Shown: positions 20,969 to 31,024 of the stretch, in pieces
How positions within the stretch are numbered: the stretch's first letter is position 1
How the letters are laid out: each line of letters begins with the position of its first letter
From: an uncultured delta proteobacterium
GTDB lineage: Bacteria > Desulfobacterota > Binatia > UBA9968
DNA length: 64,000 nt
Assembly: GCA_963840855.1 (NCBI GenBank)
Contig: CAWJBB010000072.1
Location: forward strand, 1 to 64,000
Direction: 5' to 3'
Made by a program: the position numbers and the translations under genes
The notes under the pieces: model-generated
What the model was told of the DNA's origin: nothing
Seen by the model: the letters and a program-made list of their open reading frames with translations, nothing else
Database searches by the model: none

Positions 20969-22300
20969 ATGTCGCGTCATGCGCGACTCGGCTTGCTTGC
21001 CTTGCTGATCGCTATGGTTGCCGCCCGAACTGACTCATCGACACTCGCGCAAACGTCTTCCGCCGAATCGGCGCTTCTTGAACGTGCCCGCGCGATCCAC
21101 GAGAAAATCATCACCCTCGACACCCACATCGATTTCTCCCCAGGCGATCTAGCCGGTGAGCGAAATTACACGCAGCGCCTCGAAACCCAGTTCAATCTGC
21201 CAAAAATGAACGACGGCGGCCTTAATGCGCTGTTCTTTGTCGTTTACGTCGGCCAGACAAGGGAGACGCAGAATCCGGATGCGCTCAAGCCCGCAGGCTA
21301 CGAGCGCGCCTACAATGCGGCGATTGAAAAGTTCGACGCGGTGCGCCGTTTCGTTCTTGAGCTCGCTCCCGACTATATGGAACTGGCCGTGACCTCCAGC
21401 GACGTGCGTCGCATCCACGCGGCGGGCAAAAAGGCCGCTCTGGTGGGCGTCGAGAATGGCTATCCCATCGGCGAGTACATCAGCCGCGTCAAAGAATTCT
21501 ATGATCGTGGCGCGCGGTATCTGTCGCTGACGCACAACGGCCACAATCAGCTCTCGGATTCCCACACCGGCGAACGGGATGGTTGGAAATGGCATGGGCT
21601 CTCGCCCCTCGGCAAACTCATCATCGCCGAAATGAACCGGATCGGAATCATGATCGATGTTTCCCACGCGTCCAAGGAATCGATGATGCAAACGGCGGCC
21701 CTGTCGACAGCCCCGATCATCGCGTCCCACTCCGCGGCGCGCGCGCTCTGCGACGTGAGCCGCAATATGGACGACGAACAACTTCTCACCCTCAAGAAAA
21801 CCGGCGGCGTCATCCAGATCGTCGCCTATGGCGGCTTCGTCAAGACGCCGAAAGCTGAATCGCCGGAGCGCACGGCCGCCCTGAGCGCGCTCAGGAATGA
21901 GTACAATCTGCCGGAGCCGCGAGCGGCCGGCCCGCGTGTACGCTCAAGCGCGCAATCGGCGCTAAGAAAACTTTCCGCCGAGGACAGCGCGGAATACGAA
22001 CAGAAACTCGAAAGGATAGACAATCTCCATCCCGGCGACCCCCCGGCCTCGGTCAAGGAATTCGTCGATCACATCGACTATGCCGTGAAATTATTAGGAA
22101 TCGATCACGTCGGCATTGCCTCGGACTTCGACGGCGGCGGTGGAATCGCTGGCTGGAACGACGCCAGCGAAACGTTCAACGTGACCCTGGAGCTTGTCCG
22201 CCACGGCTACGAGGAAAAACAGATCGAAAAACTCTGGGGCGGCAATCTGCTCAGGGTGATGGACGAAGTCCAGCGCATTGCGCGGGAGATGCAGAAATAA
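20969..22300 (+). CDS. Membrane dipeptidase (peptidase M19)
   Basis: DTHID, GVENG, IDVSH, ASHS and GIASDFDGG; signal peptide. Confidence 0.9.
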   Translation: MSRHARLGLLALLIAMVAARTDSSTLAQTSSAESALLERARAIHEKIITLDTHIDFSPGDLAGERNYTQRLETQFNLPKMNDGGLNALFFVVYVGQTRETQNPDALKPAGYERAYNAAIEKFDAVRRFVLELAPDYMELAVTSSDVRRIHAAGKKAALVGVENGYPIGEYISRVKEFYDRGARYLSLTHNGHNQLSDSHTGERDGWKWHGLSPLGKLIIAEMNRIGIMIDVSHASKESMMQTAALSTAPIIASHSAARALCDVSRNMDDEQLLTLKKTGGVIQIVAYGGFVKTPKAESPERTAALSALRNEYNLPEPRAAGPRVRSSAQSALRKLSAEDSAEYEQKLERIDNLHPGDPPASVKEFVDHIDYAVKLLGIDHVGIASDFDGGGGIAGWNDASETFNVTLELVRHGYEEKQIEKLWGGNLLRVMDEVQRIAREMQK

Positions 22301-22335
22301 TCCGAGAAGTGAATGTAGGATAAGGAGAATTAATA

Positions 22336-23499
22336 ATGAAACACAGCGCTGAGCGGATTCTCACTACCCACTGTGGCAGTTTGGCGCGGCCCAAGGATCT
22401 GCTCGACTTGATGAAGGCAAAAGTCAACGGCGAGCCGTACGACGAGAGCGCCTACACCCAGCGGGTTCGAAGCGCGGTGGCGGAGGTTGTGAGCCAGCAA
22501 GTTGAGTGCGGAATTGATATTGTCACCGACGGCGAGCAAGGAAAACCCGGGTTTTTTGCCTACGTGCGCGAGCGTCTCGCCGGTTTTGAAGCGAAGACGC
22601 CGCCACCCGGAGCTTGGAAGCAGTGGGCGGCGGAAGTGGCGTCCTTCCCGGAGTACTACGAACAATACTTCAGCCGGCGCATGATGGGAGGGAGCATCGC
22701 TCCGCGCACGCCCATGGTATGCACCGGGCCGGTCACATACCGCGGGCAAGAAGCGATCCGGAAAGACATTGAGAATCTCAAGGCCGCGCTAACTGGATTG
22801 AACCACGAAGAAACGTTCATGCCGGCCGTGGCGCCGGGCGGCGTCGGCGCCAACGAGTACTACAAAAGCGACGAAGAATACCTGCAAGCGGTTGGCGAGG
22901 CTCTCAGGACCGAGTATCAGGCGATCGTTGACGCCGGCTTTATTCTTCAAGTCGACGACCCCTGGTTAACCGAGGTGCACAGCCAGGACCCATCGTTGAG
23001 TCTCGCAGAGCGACGGAAGATCGCCGAAAGATCGATAGACGCGCTCAATCACGCGCTGCGGGGCATCCCGGCAGAAAAAATCCGCTTTCACACCTGCTAT
23101 GGCATCAACGAAGGGCCGCGCGTCCACGACGCGCCGCTGAAAGAAATCGTCGACCTGATCCTGAAAGTGAATGCCGGCGCCTACGCCTTCGAGGCGGCCA
23201 ACCCGCGGCACGAGCATGAGTACCATGTTTGGGAAACAGTGAAGCTGCCCGAAGGCAAGGTATTGATACCGGGGGTGATCACACACGCGAGCAACATCGT
23301 CGAACATCCGGAGCTCATCGCCGAGCGCATCGCGCGCTACGCGAGATTGGTAGGCCGGGAAAACGTCATCGCGGGGGGCGACTGCGGCTTCTCGTCCCAG
23401 GCGACTTACAATCCTGAAGTCCATCCCAAGGTCGTCTGGGCAAAATTTCAAGCCATGGCCGAAGGCGCCCGCCTCGCCTCAAAGCAGCTCTGGCGGTGA
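22336..23499 (+). CDS. Cobalamin-independent methionine synthase II family protein
   Basis: ILTTHCGSLARP, TDGE, HTCYG, EAANPRHEHE and DCGF. Confidence 0.9.
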   Translation: MKHSAERILTTHCGSLARPKDLLDLMKAKVNGEPYDESAYTQRVRSAVAEVVSQQVECGIDIVTDGEQGKPGFFAYVRERLAGFEAKTPPPGAWKQWAAEVASFPEYYEQYFSRRMMGGSIAPRTPMVCTGPVTYRGQEAIRKDIENLKAALTGLNHEETFMPAVAPGGVGANEYYKSDEEYLQAVGEALRTEYQAIVDAGFILQVDDPWLTEVHSQDPSLSLAERRKIAERSIDALNHALRGIPAEKIRFHTCYGINEGPRVHDAPLKEIVDLILKVNAGAYAFEAANPRHEHEYHVWETVKLPEGKVLIPGVITHASNIVEHPELIAERIARYARLVGRENVIAGGDCGFSSQATYNPEVHPKVVWAKFQAMAEGARLASKQLWR

Positions 23500-23565
23500 C
23501 TCGCCCCCGGAAAGGTAACACTCGGTATTATGCAACTCACCGTTGAATCGGTCTTTAGCGTGGTC

Positions 23566-23637
23566 GGCTGGAACGACGCCAGTGACACTTTCAAACTGAT
23601 CTTGAAGATTCCCGGGTACGGCTACCGTGAGAAGGAT
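23566..23637 (+). pseudogene. Degenerate copy of the dipeptidase 3' region
   Basis: ggctggaacgacgccag identical to 22151-22167; GWNDASDTF...GYREK versus GWNDASETF...GYEEK. Confidence 0.6.
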
Positions 23638-23712
23638 GAGATGATTCATAGCATATCCGTACGCAAGTGCGGATCGTTCAGAGCGAAACGATTAGCGACT
23701 GAGACATTACGT

Positions 23713-24273
23713 ATGGACGATCTGATCAAAAAACTGACTGCGGAACAGGCTCTCGAAGTCGTCAAGCGGCTGAGCGAGAAAGGGGGCAAGATTCGCAGAA
23801 GCGGTGCTCGCCGAGGCGAGGAACCTTTTGACGGCGGTCGACGTGGATCAAACAGCCGATGAAGTTTTCGTCGTTCTCGATTCGATAGACGTACAGGATT
23901 GTTGGGACAGGTCAGGCAAATCGCGCTACGGTTACACCGAGCCTAGTGAAGCAGCTGTCGAACTCGTGGAGGAAGAACTTCGACCGTTTTACGACCAAGC
24001 CAAACGATACCGAGAGTTGGGTATGCCGGAGCAAGAAACAATTTACTGTATGGGAGTAATTTTAGGAATCTACCGCTATGAGCATGAGTCCAAGTCAGCG
24101 TTTAGGGAGTGGTGCGAGGACATTCCAATTGAATGCGCTGGCTACCTGCTAGACACCTGGCGAAAACGAAACCGAGGCAAGGCTGCGCCCAGGCGATGGA
24201 TGAATTCATTCAACGCCGTTGTCCGAAATGGGCGAAGTATTTAATTCCCAAACGAGACGCGGGTCGTCGTTAA
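23713..24273 (+). CDS. Hypothetical protein (frameshifts near 23800 and 24190)
   Basis: MDDLIKKLTAEQ..., ORF 23804-24244 and alternative-frame ...EFIQRRCPKWAKYL join into one plausible acidic protein. Confidence 0.55.
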
Positions 24274-24523
24274 CGGATCCAAAACAGCACCGATCTCAAC
24301 CGTAATCCACTGCCCATTCTATCTTTAACGAGGTGCCATCCCCGGGCGAGCTGCGCCATGATACAATCCCCATAGCCGAAGCTCTACAGCGGCTCCGCGG
24401 TTTAGTCCACCACGTTTTATCCCCGTCGGCGATACCCAGGTGCTGTCAAGCAACTTGATTGCCACCAAGCTTTAGGGATAAAACGCTATACGTTATGCGT
24501 GATTACTTTAGTCGTTCCCTACG

Positions 24524-24796
24524 ATGAAATTCGATTGGGACCCAAGGAAGGCCAAGGCCAATCTCCGCAAGCACGGTGTCTCGTTCGACGAGGGGGCTAC
24601 TGTGTTCCTTGACCCGATGGCCGTGTCAGGTCCAGATCCCGACCATTCTCTCGAAGAGGATCGCTATATTACATTTGGCTTCTCGCGCCTCGGTCGGCTG
24701 TTGGCCGTATGCCATACTTACCGGCCTGGCGCGATTCGAATCATTAATGCACGTCGCGTAACGCGCGGTGAAAGGAAACTGTATGAAGAAGGCTAA
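24524..24796 (+). CDS. brnT: BrnT family toxin
   Basis: MKFDWDPRKAKANLRKHGVSF, EDRY and IRIINAR. Confidence 0.9.
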   Translation: MKFDWDPRKAKANLRKHGVSFDEGATVFLDPMAVSGPDPDHSLEEDRYITFGFSRLGRLLAVCHTYRPGAIRIINARRVTRGERKLYEEG

Positions 24797-25040
24797 GGAT
24801 GAAATGCGACGGGAGTATAAGCGTTCGGACTTCGCAAGGCTTGAGCGTGGAAAATTCTACGCCGAAGTCGCTAAAGGAACAGCAGTCGCCCTGCTTGAGC
24901 CGCCCATCGCCAAGGCATTTCCGACGTCTAAGGCCGTAAACGAGGCCTTGCACGGTCTGTTGGCACTTACCGAGCAAACATCACGCATAACAATGCGGTC
25001 AACCGGACGCCGGGTAAAACGCGGCGGCGCTGCGCGGTAG
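24783..25040 (+). CDS. Cognate antitoxin (BrnA-like)
   Basis: Overlaps the toxin stop; DEMRREY, RGKFY and AFPTSKAVNEAL. Confidence 0.8.
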   Translation: MKKAKDEMRREYKRSDFARLERGKFYAEVAKGTAVALLEPPIAKAFPTSKAVNEALHGLLALTEQTSRITMRSTGRRVKRGGAAR

Positions 25041-25078
25041 TATCCGTGGCCGACGGCGGTTACCGCGAGCGTTTAGGC
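24985..25078 (+). mobile_element. Integron attC site closing the TA cassette
   Basis: GCATAAC (R''), gcggtcaaccg/cggttaccgc (L''/L' with one extra base), GTTTAGGC (R', one extra T); cassette opens with the complementary GTTATGC at 24492. Confidence 0.78.
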
Positions 25079-27108
25079 CCGCAGTCGAGGTCGGCGGAAC
25101 CTTGGTTCCTTGCGTTCAAACGCAAGCATTGAGATTCATCCGGTCATGGTACCCGACGATCCAGCCAGAGCCGGCAGCGCCATCGACAACGCGGTCAAGA
25201 AATACGCCTGAATCGCTCGAACGCTAATTAAGACACGGTTCGAACGGATCCGGGGGGGGGAAATGACGTACGGACAGGTCTTGCAACGTCACATTGTCGT
25301 AATGCAAGATCCGACTCCGTACACGACCCACCAGGTTGTGATTCAGTAAAGGCCGAAAATAGAGAATAGCACGAAAGCAAACCTAACCCGTGAATTTGAA
25401 TCTTTGATACGGAGACACAAGCCAGATGATCCAAGCGTTGTCACGTCGGTTGCGCGTCAGAGACGACGGTAGTGGCAAAGGCAGAGAGATCGATGGGACG
25501 TTTCCAGAATTCGAAACCGAGGACGCGATCATTCTCCTTGGCGATCCAGGAATGGGAAAGACAACCTTCTTTAAGGAGGCTGCCAATGCAAATTATAGTA
25601 CCGTCCGAAATTTCCTAATTGACCCTCATGCTGCAGCGGGGGAGGCGCTTTTCCTCGATGCCCTCGATGAATACAGAACTATCGCAAGCGGGCAGGATGC
25701 CAGCGCCGAAGTTGCCAAAGCACTGTGCGCTCTGAAGAAGCCCAAGTTTCGGTTGTCGTGCAGAGCGGCGGACTGGTTCGGATCACCAGATCAAGAAGTT
25801 CTCAGAGCCGGCAGCTCCTCCGGGCGCGTCGTTGTTCTCGAGCTCCGCCCACTCTCGCGTGATGAAATTCTTAATGCTGTCCAGGGAATAGTTACGCACC
25901 CGGTTGTATTTCTGGATGAAGCGGAATCAGCGGGGCTCGGAAATCTGTTGGGTAACCTCAAACTCTTGAGCTCGTGGCACGGGCTTGGGAAACAGACAAA
26001 AAGCCTCGCAACAAGTTCGAGGCATACGACATAGGAGTCTCTGAACTGCTTAAGGAGATGAATGTTCAACACGTTCGGCGTGGCGTTACCAGTGTTGATC
26101 CCAACGGTTTGCGAAAAGCTGCAAGCGCAGCAGCTTCTAATATATTGCTTTCCAACTCGGTTGGCATTTCGCGCGCAGAGCCAGCGGACGGCGCTGGTTA
26201 CGTTAGGCTTGCAGTTGTGCCGTATCCGGACAGAAGCGAACTTGATGCCGTATTGACGCGACGACTCTTTATTTCCCATGAGGTGGATCGGTTCGATCCT
26301 ATCCACCGAACCATTGCTGAGTTCTTGGCGGCAGAGGACTTATCTAATCGCGTCATGAACGGCCTTCCAATTGATCGAGTGATGGCGCTGATATGTGGGG
26401 TTGATGGAAGACCGGTTTCCTCACTCCGGGGCCTTTTCGCTTGGTTGATGTGCAAGGTTGGGCATCTCGCAGAGGGTTACGTCGAGCGCGACCCCTATGG
26501 AGTCGCGACGTACGGCGATGCCAGCGTGCTGCCACCGAACGCACAATGCGCAGTCTGGGCGGGACTTCGGACGCTTCGCGACCCATGGTTTCTCGCGAAC
26601 GAGGATGATCGCGGCTCGTTCCGTGGCCTCGCCAATCTCAATACAGCGAAAATCATCCGCGAAATTCTCCAAGACCCAGCGACGGGAGTTCATCTGAAAA
26701 TCGCCGCCCTCGAAGCGATCGCAAACAGCACGGAAAACATAGGACTGAACACAATTATACGCGCCATCGTGTCGGAGAAGAACGAGAACGCTTGGATTAG
26801 ATCAACTGCTTTGCGGGCCTTCGCGAAATCTGTCCAAAATGATTGGCCGCAGTTAAACTCTCTCGATGCTGAACTTGTCCAAGCAACTGATGATCTCGAC
26901 GCCATAGAAGTTCGAGCAGAACTTCTCCGAATGACACGAGCACACGGTAACCTGCCGCGGCGCTTACTCTCGATCATGGACAAGCTGGTTCTGCCAAGAG
27001 GAAATGGAGCGTTTTCGGCCGATTTCGTCGACTGCGTGCTCTGCCATCCGATACCGATTTGGACGAGATTCTCGACGGCGCGTCTGGTGTGTTGATGCGG
27101 ATACCTAA

Positions 27109-28414
27109 GGCGTTGTAAATAAATAAAGGTATCAATCGAAGGATAATTGGTGTATGATTTTCGAGCATGAACAGGCTGTCCGAATTGAAGCGGAAGTTGC
27201 GTACCGCATGGCCGCATTTGGACGAACGTACGCGGCGCATCATGGCTGCCAGTGAAGCATTGAGTCTGGGCTATGGAGGGGTTTCTGCGGTACGACGTGC
27301 GTGTGGCTTGTCGCGCAAGGCGATCCGCAAAGGGATGCGGGAAATCCAGGCAAGGGGTAAGCCGTTGGTGGGCCGTATTCGTCGGCCCGGAGCGGGCCGC
27401 AAACCCATCATCGAGTCCGATCCGGGGCTGGTGCAGACGATCGAGGGGTTGATTGATGAGCAAACGCGCGGAGACCCGCAGTCTGCGCTGCGTTGGATTT
27501 GCAAAAGTACGCGAGCCATCGCCCAGGAACTGGATCAGCAGCAACATCCTGCCAGCCACATGAAGGTCGCGCAGATTCTTCATCAACTGGGCTATAGCCT
27601 CCAGAGCAATCGCAAAACCGAGGAGGGAGCGGATCACCCCGATCGCGATGCCCAGTTTCGCCACATCAACCTCACGGTCAAAAGATGCCTGAGGCAAGGG
27701 ATCCCAGTCATTTCGGTGGACACGAAAAAGAAGGAACTGGTTGGGAACTACCACAATGGCGGCCAGCAATGGCGTGTGGCCAAAAAGCCCAGGCGGGTTC
27801 AAGGTCACGACTTTCCCAGTCCAGAAGTTGCCCGCGCCTATCCCTACGGCATTTACGACATTGGACGCAACGCCGGTTTTGTTAACGTGGGAACCGACCA
27901 CGATACCGGTGCCTTTGCGGTGGCATCGATTCGGGGTTGGTGGCGCACGGAGGGCCGGCGCATTTATCCGCATGCGAAAACGATCCTGATTACGGCCGAC
28001 GGCGGTGGCAGTAACGGGTGGCGGTTGCGGCTGTGGAAGTTGGAGCTGCAAAAATTCGCCAACCAGACCGCACTGGGCATTGAGGTCTGTCACTTTCCTC
28101 CCGGCACCAGCAAATGGAACAAAATCGAGCACCGACTGTTTTCCTTTATCTCATCGAATTGGCGCGGCGAGCCGTTGCGGGACTACGAAACCATCGTCCA
28201 TCTCATCGCCGCGACGACCACGGCAAAGGGATTGAAAGTCACCTGCCGACTCGATCGGCGCAAATACCCCACTGGGCGCGCAGTCAGCGATGAAGAGATG
28301 CAGCGCGTTAACCTCAAACCCAACAAGTTTCATGGCGAGTGGAACTACCTCATCAAGCCAAACCGGAAGACTAGTGGATGATACTAGTTGGTACCTTTAT
28401 TTATTTACAATTCC
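27109..28414 (+). mobile_element. ISAzo13-family insertion sequence
   Basis: IRs ggcgttgtaaataaataaaggtatcaa / ttggtacctttatttatttacaattcc; 3-bp TAA target duplication (27106-27108, 28415-28417). Confidence 0.92.
27167..28381 (+). CDS. ISAzo13-family transposase
   Basis: ISVDTKKKELVG, ITADGGGSNG and PPGTSKWNKIEHRLF. Confidence 0.95.
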   Translation: MNRLSELKRKLRTAWPHLDERTRRIMAASEALSLGYGGVSAVRRACGLSRKAIRKGMREIQARGKPLVGRIRRPGAGRKPIIESDPGLVQTIEGLIDEQTRGDPQSALRWICKSTRAIAQELDQQQHPASHMKVAQILHQLGYSLQSNRKTEEGADHPDRDAQFRHINLTVKRCLRQGIPVISVDTKKKELVGNYHNGGQQWRVAKKPRRVQGHDFPSPEVARAYPYGIYDIGRNAGFVNVGTDHDTGAFAVASIRGWWRTEGRRIYPHAKTILITADGGGSNGWRLRLWKLELQKFANQTALGIEVCHFPPGTSKWNKIEHRLFSFISSNWRGEPLRDYETIVHLIAATTTAKGLKVTCRLDRRKYPTGRAVSDEEMQRVNLKPNKFHGEWNYLIKPNRKTSG

Positions 28415-29261
28415 TAAGAACGAAGATCGATTCGAGCTCCAGTCAATTTTCGATGAGTGGTTGAAACGGCGTCTTGATACCCCTACGCCAATCACTCCCG
28501 CGTCGCTGGCCAGTTGGCTTCGAAGTATACGTGTTGGCCGTGATTATCATTCAGAGACAACTCTGGCGTCTCTGAAGGCACGTTTTGAACAGGAGCCATC
28601 GCTCTTTCAGGAGGTGTTCGAATTGCGCGCCAATGTCGTCCCAAACCAGGATCGGTCATTCTCGCTCTTTCTCGCTGTCGACCTTTGGAAACTATTGCCA
28701 CGACGGTGTGGCCCGTTTCCCAATGCGAGTTCTTCTTAGCGTCGGCAGAGAAAAACAATAATCCGGAACATGCGGCAGATTTTTTCCATATGTATCTATC
28801 ATGGTTTCCGAGCGACGGAGCACCTGTCGCGCTGTCTGAAGCAGGATTTGACCTATTGAACCGCCGAACTGATGTGGCAACAGTGCTTGGGAATTGGAAC
28901 ATATGCGAGATTGAAAATTGGAGAAATGAACAGTTCGAGCGGCGAGAGGAAAAGATCCACAAAAGTGCGGCGAACCGCACTCATAACGTTTCGTATTTAA
29001 CACCGCGGCTTACTACCATTCGAGAAGGAGACGAAGAAAACGCATTGGCGTGGGCGGCACAACTAGCTAGTTTATGTCGCGAAACTCGCAAAAAATCTTA
29101 CGGGTGCGACATGGGTCAAGTTTTTTCTGTGACATAGTTGTATCATTTTGAGCTGAAAGTGGACAGCAAAGAGTCGTGTGGGGTGTTCGATGGACCGCGC
29201 AGTGATGGCAGAAAAGACTACGCCCAGGGAGCGTCGAATGAACGTTTGAGAGCGACAGTGG

Positions 29262-30680
29262 CTACGCCGCTCGTCGTAGCCGTTTGTTCTTTTGGTTTAA
29301 CAGGTGAGCGATGTTCATGAGGTTGTTGGTAAGCACAGCGGCGCCGACCAACACCTCAAAGCGCTCAGGTCCCTCGGCCAGACAGCGCTTCATGCCGCGG
29401 CCACGAAAGAGCACGGATATGCGGCCCTCAATGCCTGCGCGGAAGCGTTGTCCTTTCTTGAACTCTGAGCTCTTTTCGAGCGCTTCGCGTTGGGAGGTTC
29501 TTTTGCCACCGCACTGCGGAATGCAGACGAGCTTCACAGTGCTATCCTGGCATGCTTTGATGTTCTCAGCGCTGAAAAAGCCGCGGTCACCACTGTACCA
29601 ATCGGGAGCCAAACCGAAAGTCTCCTGATGACGCTTCAGCGACGGTGTGACGTGGATGTGATCGGAGGGATTACCTTCAAGCACGCGGTACTGGGTGATC
29701 AAACCGCGGGCACTTTCAGCGAGAAAGATCTTGTGGCCGAACTCCATCGGTTTTTGTACTTTCCCCCGCTTGATCAGATCACTGTGGGGTTCAAAGATCG
29801 AGTAGATTTTCTCCTCGGTTGGAACCTGCTCTCCCTTGAGCACGCGTCGGCTGCTCTGATCGATGACGCGGGTGCCGAGTTGGCAGTAGTGATCGATCTT
29901 TCTTCGAAGCTCGTTAATGATAATGTCGTCCATCAGGTCAACAGCGCATTGATCTTTGGTCTTTTCGAGCACCCCTCGGGCATTTTGGACGACCTGCTGG
30001 GTGGTCCCGATGAGTTGGCGATATTTACCCTTTTGCTGGGTGTGGCGTTGCCTCGCTGTCATGCGTTGGATCTCTTGCATGCGACGCCGTGCACAGCGTG
30101 TGTGGTTAGTAAAGTTATCGATCCCATTGGGAAGAAGTTTTCCGAGACGATCGATGAGCCGCGTCAGGACGCGCACTACATCCCAGAGCAAAGTATTATC
30201 GGTTGGATGATGGATATCGGTTTCGGTGACCGTCGTATCGACGCGCAGTCTCTTGCCGTCCTCCAGTCCCAGATCGACGGCAGCTTTAAGGACCAAGTCA
30301 TTGATGGCTTGTATGGTTTTGGGGTGAAGTTTATTAAAGGCCCGATTGAAAGCGTCATGCTTGGGTACGCGCCGGCTGTAAAAACCCGTGAATCGGCGCA
30401 GCGTGTATCCGTCAGCGATTCGTTCGCTGAGTTCCCGATAGTCCCAGTTCTTCACTCGCATCAGGATCAGCGACCGAAGCACCTGCGCCGGGGTCATGGC
30501 TGTGCGGCCGGTGGCAGGCTTTTTCAGACCCAGCTGAAGATCTTGGCGCACCGGCTCGATGATCTGTGGCCGATAATCGAGGAAGTCGGACATCCTCTTG
30601 AGAATCGGGTCGAGATCGATCCCCTGAGTGAGAAATTCCAGATCAGCGAAGCTGACTTGCGGCTCGACGACTCTTGTCAT
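29262..30680 (-). CDS. ISNCY-family DDE transposase
   Basis: RVDTTVTETDIHHPTD, KIYSIFEPH, EFGHK, GDRGF and FRAGIEGRIS. Confidence 0.92.
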   Translation of the reverse strand: MTRVVEPQVSFADLEFLTQGIDLDPILKRMSDFLDYRPQIIEPVRQDLQLGLKKPATGRTAMTPAQVLRSLILMRVKNWDYRELSERIADGYTLRRFTGFYSRRVPKHDAFNRAFNKLHPKTIQAINDLVLKAAVDLGLEDGKRLRVDTTVTETDIHHPTDNTLLWDVVRVLTRLIDRLGKLLPNGIDNFTNHTRCARRRMQEIQRMTARQRHTQQKGKYRQLIGTTQQVVQNARGVLEKTKDQCAVDLMDDIIINELRRKIDHYCQLGTRVIDQSSRRVLKGEQVPTEEKIYSIFEPHSDLIKRGKVQKPMEFGHKIFLAESARGLITQYRVLEGNPSDHIHVTPSLKRHQETFGLAPDWYSGDRGFFSAENIKACQDSTVKLVCIPQCGGKRTSQREALEKSSEFKKGQRFRAGIEGRISVLFRGRGMKRCLAEGPERFEVLVGAAVLTNNLMNIAHLLNQKNKRLRRAA

Positions 30681-31024
30681 GGTTTGATCTTTTGAATCTT
30701 TGTGGTCCTTTGATGCTTGAGGGCTTTGGTATATCGAAGAGCGGTTTGATGCAGCAGCTCCTGAAGAACACGGCCGTTGTCGAGGCTAAGCCGTATCTCT
30801 GGGACCAATGGCTCTGGGATGTAAATCGCAAAGCGGCGTCCTTTAATGCGCACGTATAGGATATGACTGGGGTGCTGTTCGCCCGAACGGCAGGCTGCGC
30901 AGTGTTCGCGCACGCAGGGACTTCGCCGCAGGCTCAACGACCCCAGCGCAGCCGGCCACAGCCCTGCGGCTTGTTTTTGGAACCATTGCTCGACATCGGC
31001 GGCAGTTTCAGTTTTGCGCGACAT
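30677..31024 (-). CDS. Cys/His-rich IS accessory protein (DUF6788-like)
   Basis: GSLSLRRSPCVREHCAACRSGEQH; 4-nt overlap with the transposase start; lies inside the IRs. Confidence 0.7.
   Translation of the reverse strand: MSRKTETAADVEQWFQKQAAGLWPAALGSLSLRRSPCVREHCAACRSGEQHPSHILYVRIKGRRFAIYIPEPLVPEIRLSLDNGRVLQELLHQTALRYTKALKHQRTTKIQKIKP

Noticed and set aside
24455-24468. FNR-like box ttgattgccaccaa
   Set aside because: One mismatch, no supporting promoter context, and it lies inside the attI-like region.
25252-25260. G9 tract upstream of the NACHT-like gene as a phase-variation switch
   Set aside because: About 165 nt from the start, no recognisable promoter around it, and homopolymer lengths are unreliable in this sequence.
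26690-28132. 480-aa minus-strand ORF
   Set aside because: Antisense shadow of the ISAzo13 transposase and the interrupted gene; no motifs.
29490-30695. 401-aa plus-strand ORF
   Set aside because: Antisense shadow of the ISNCY transposase.
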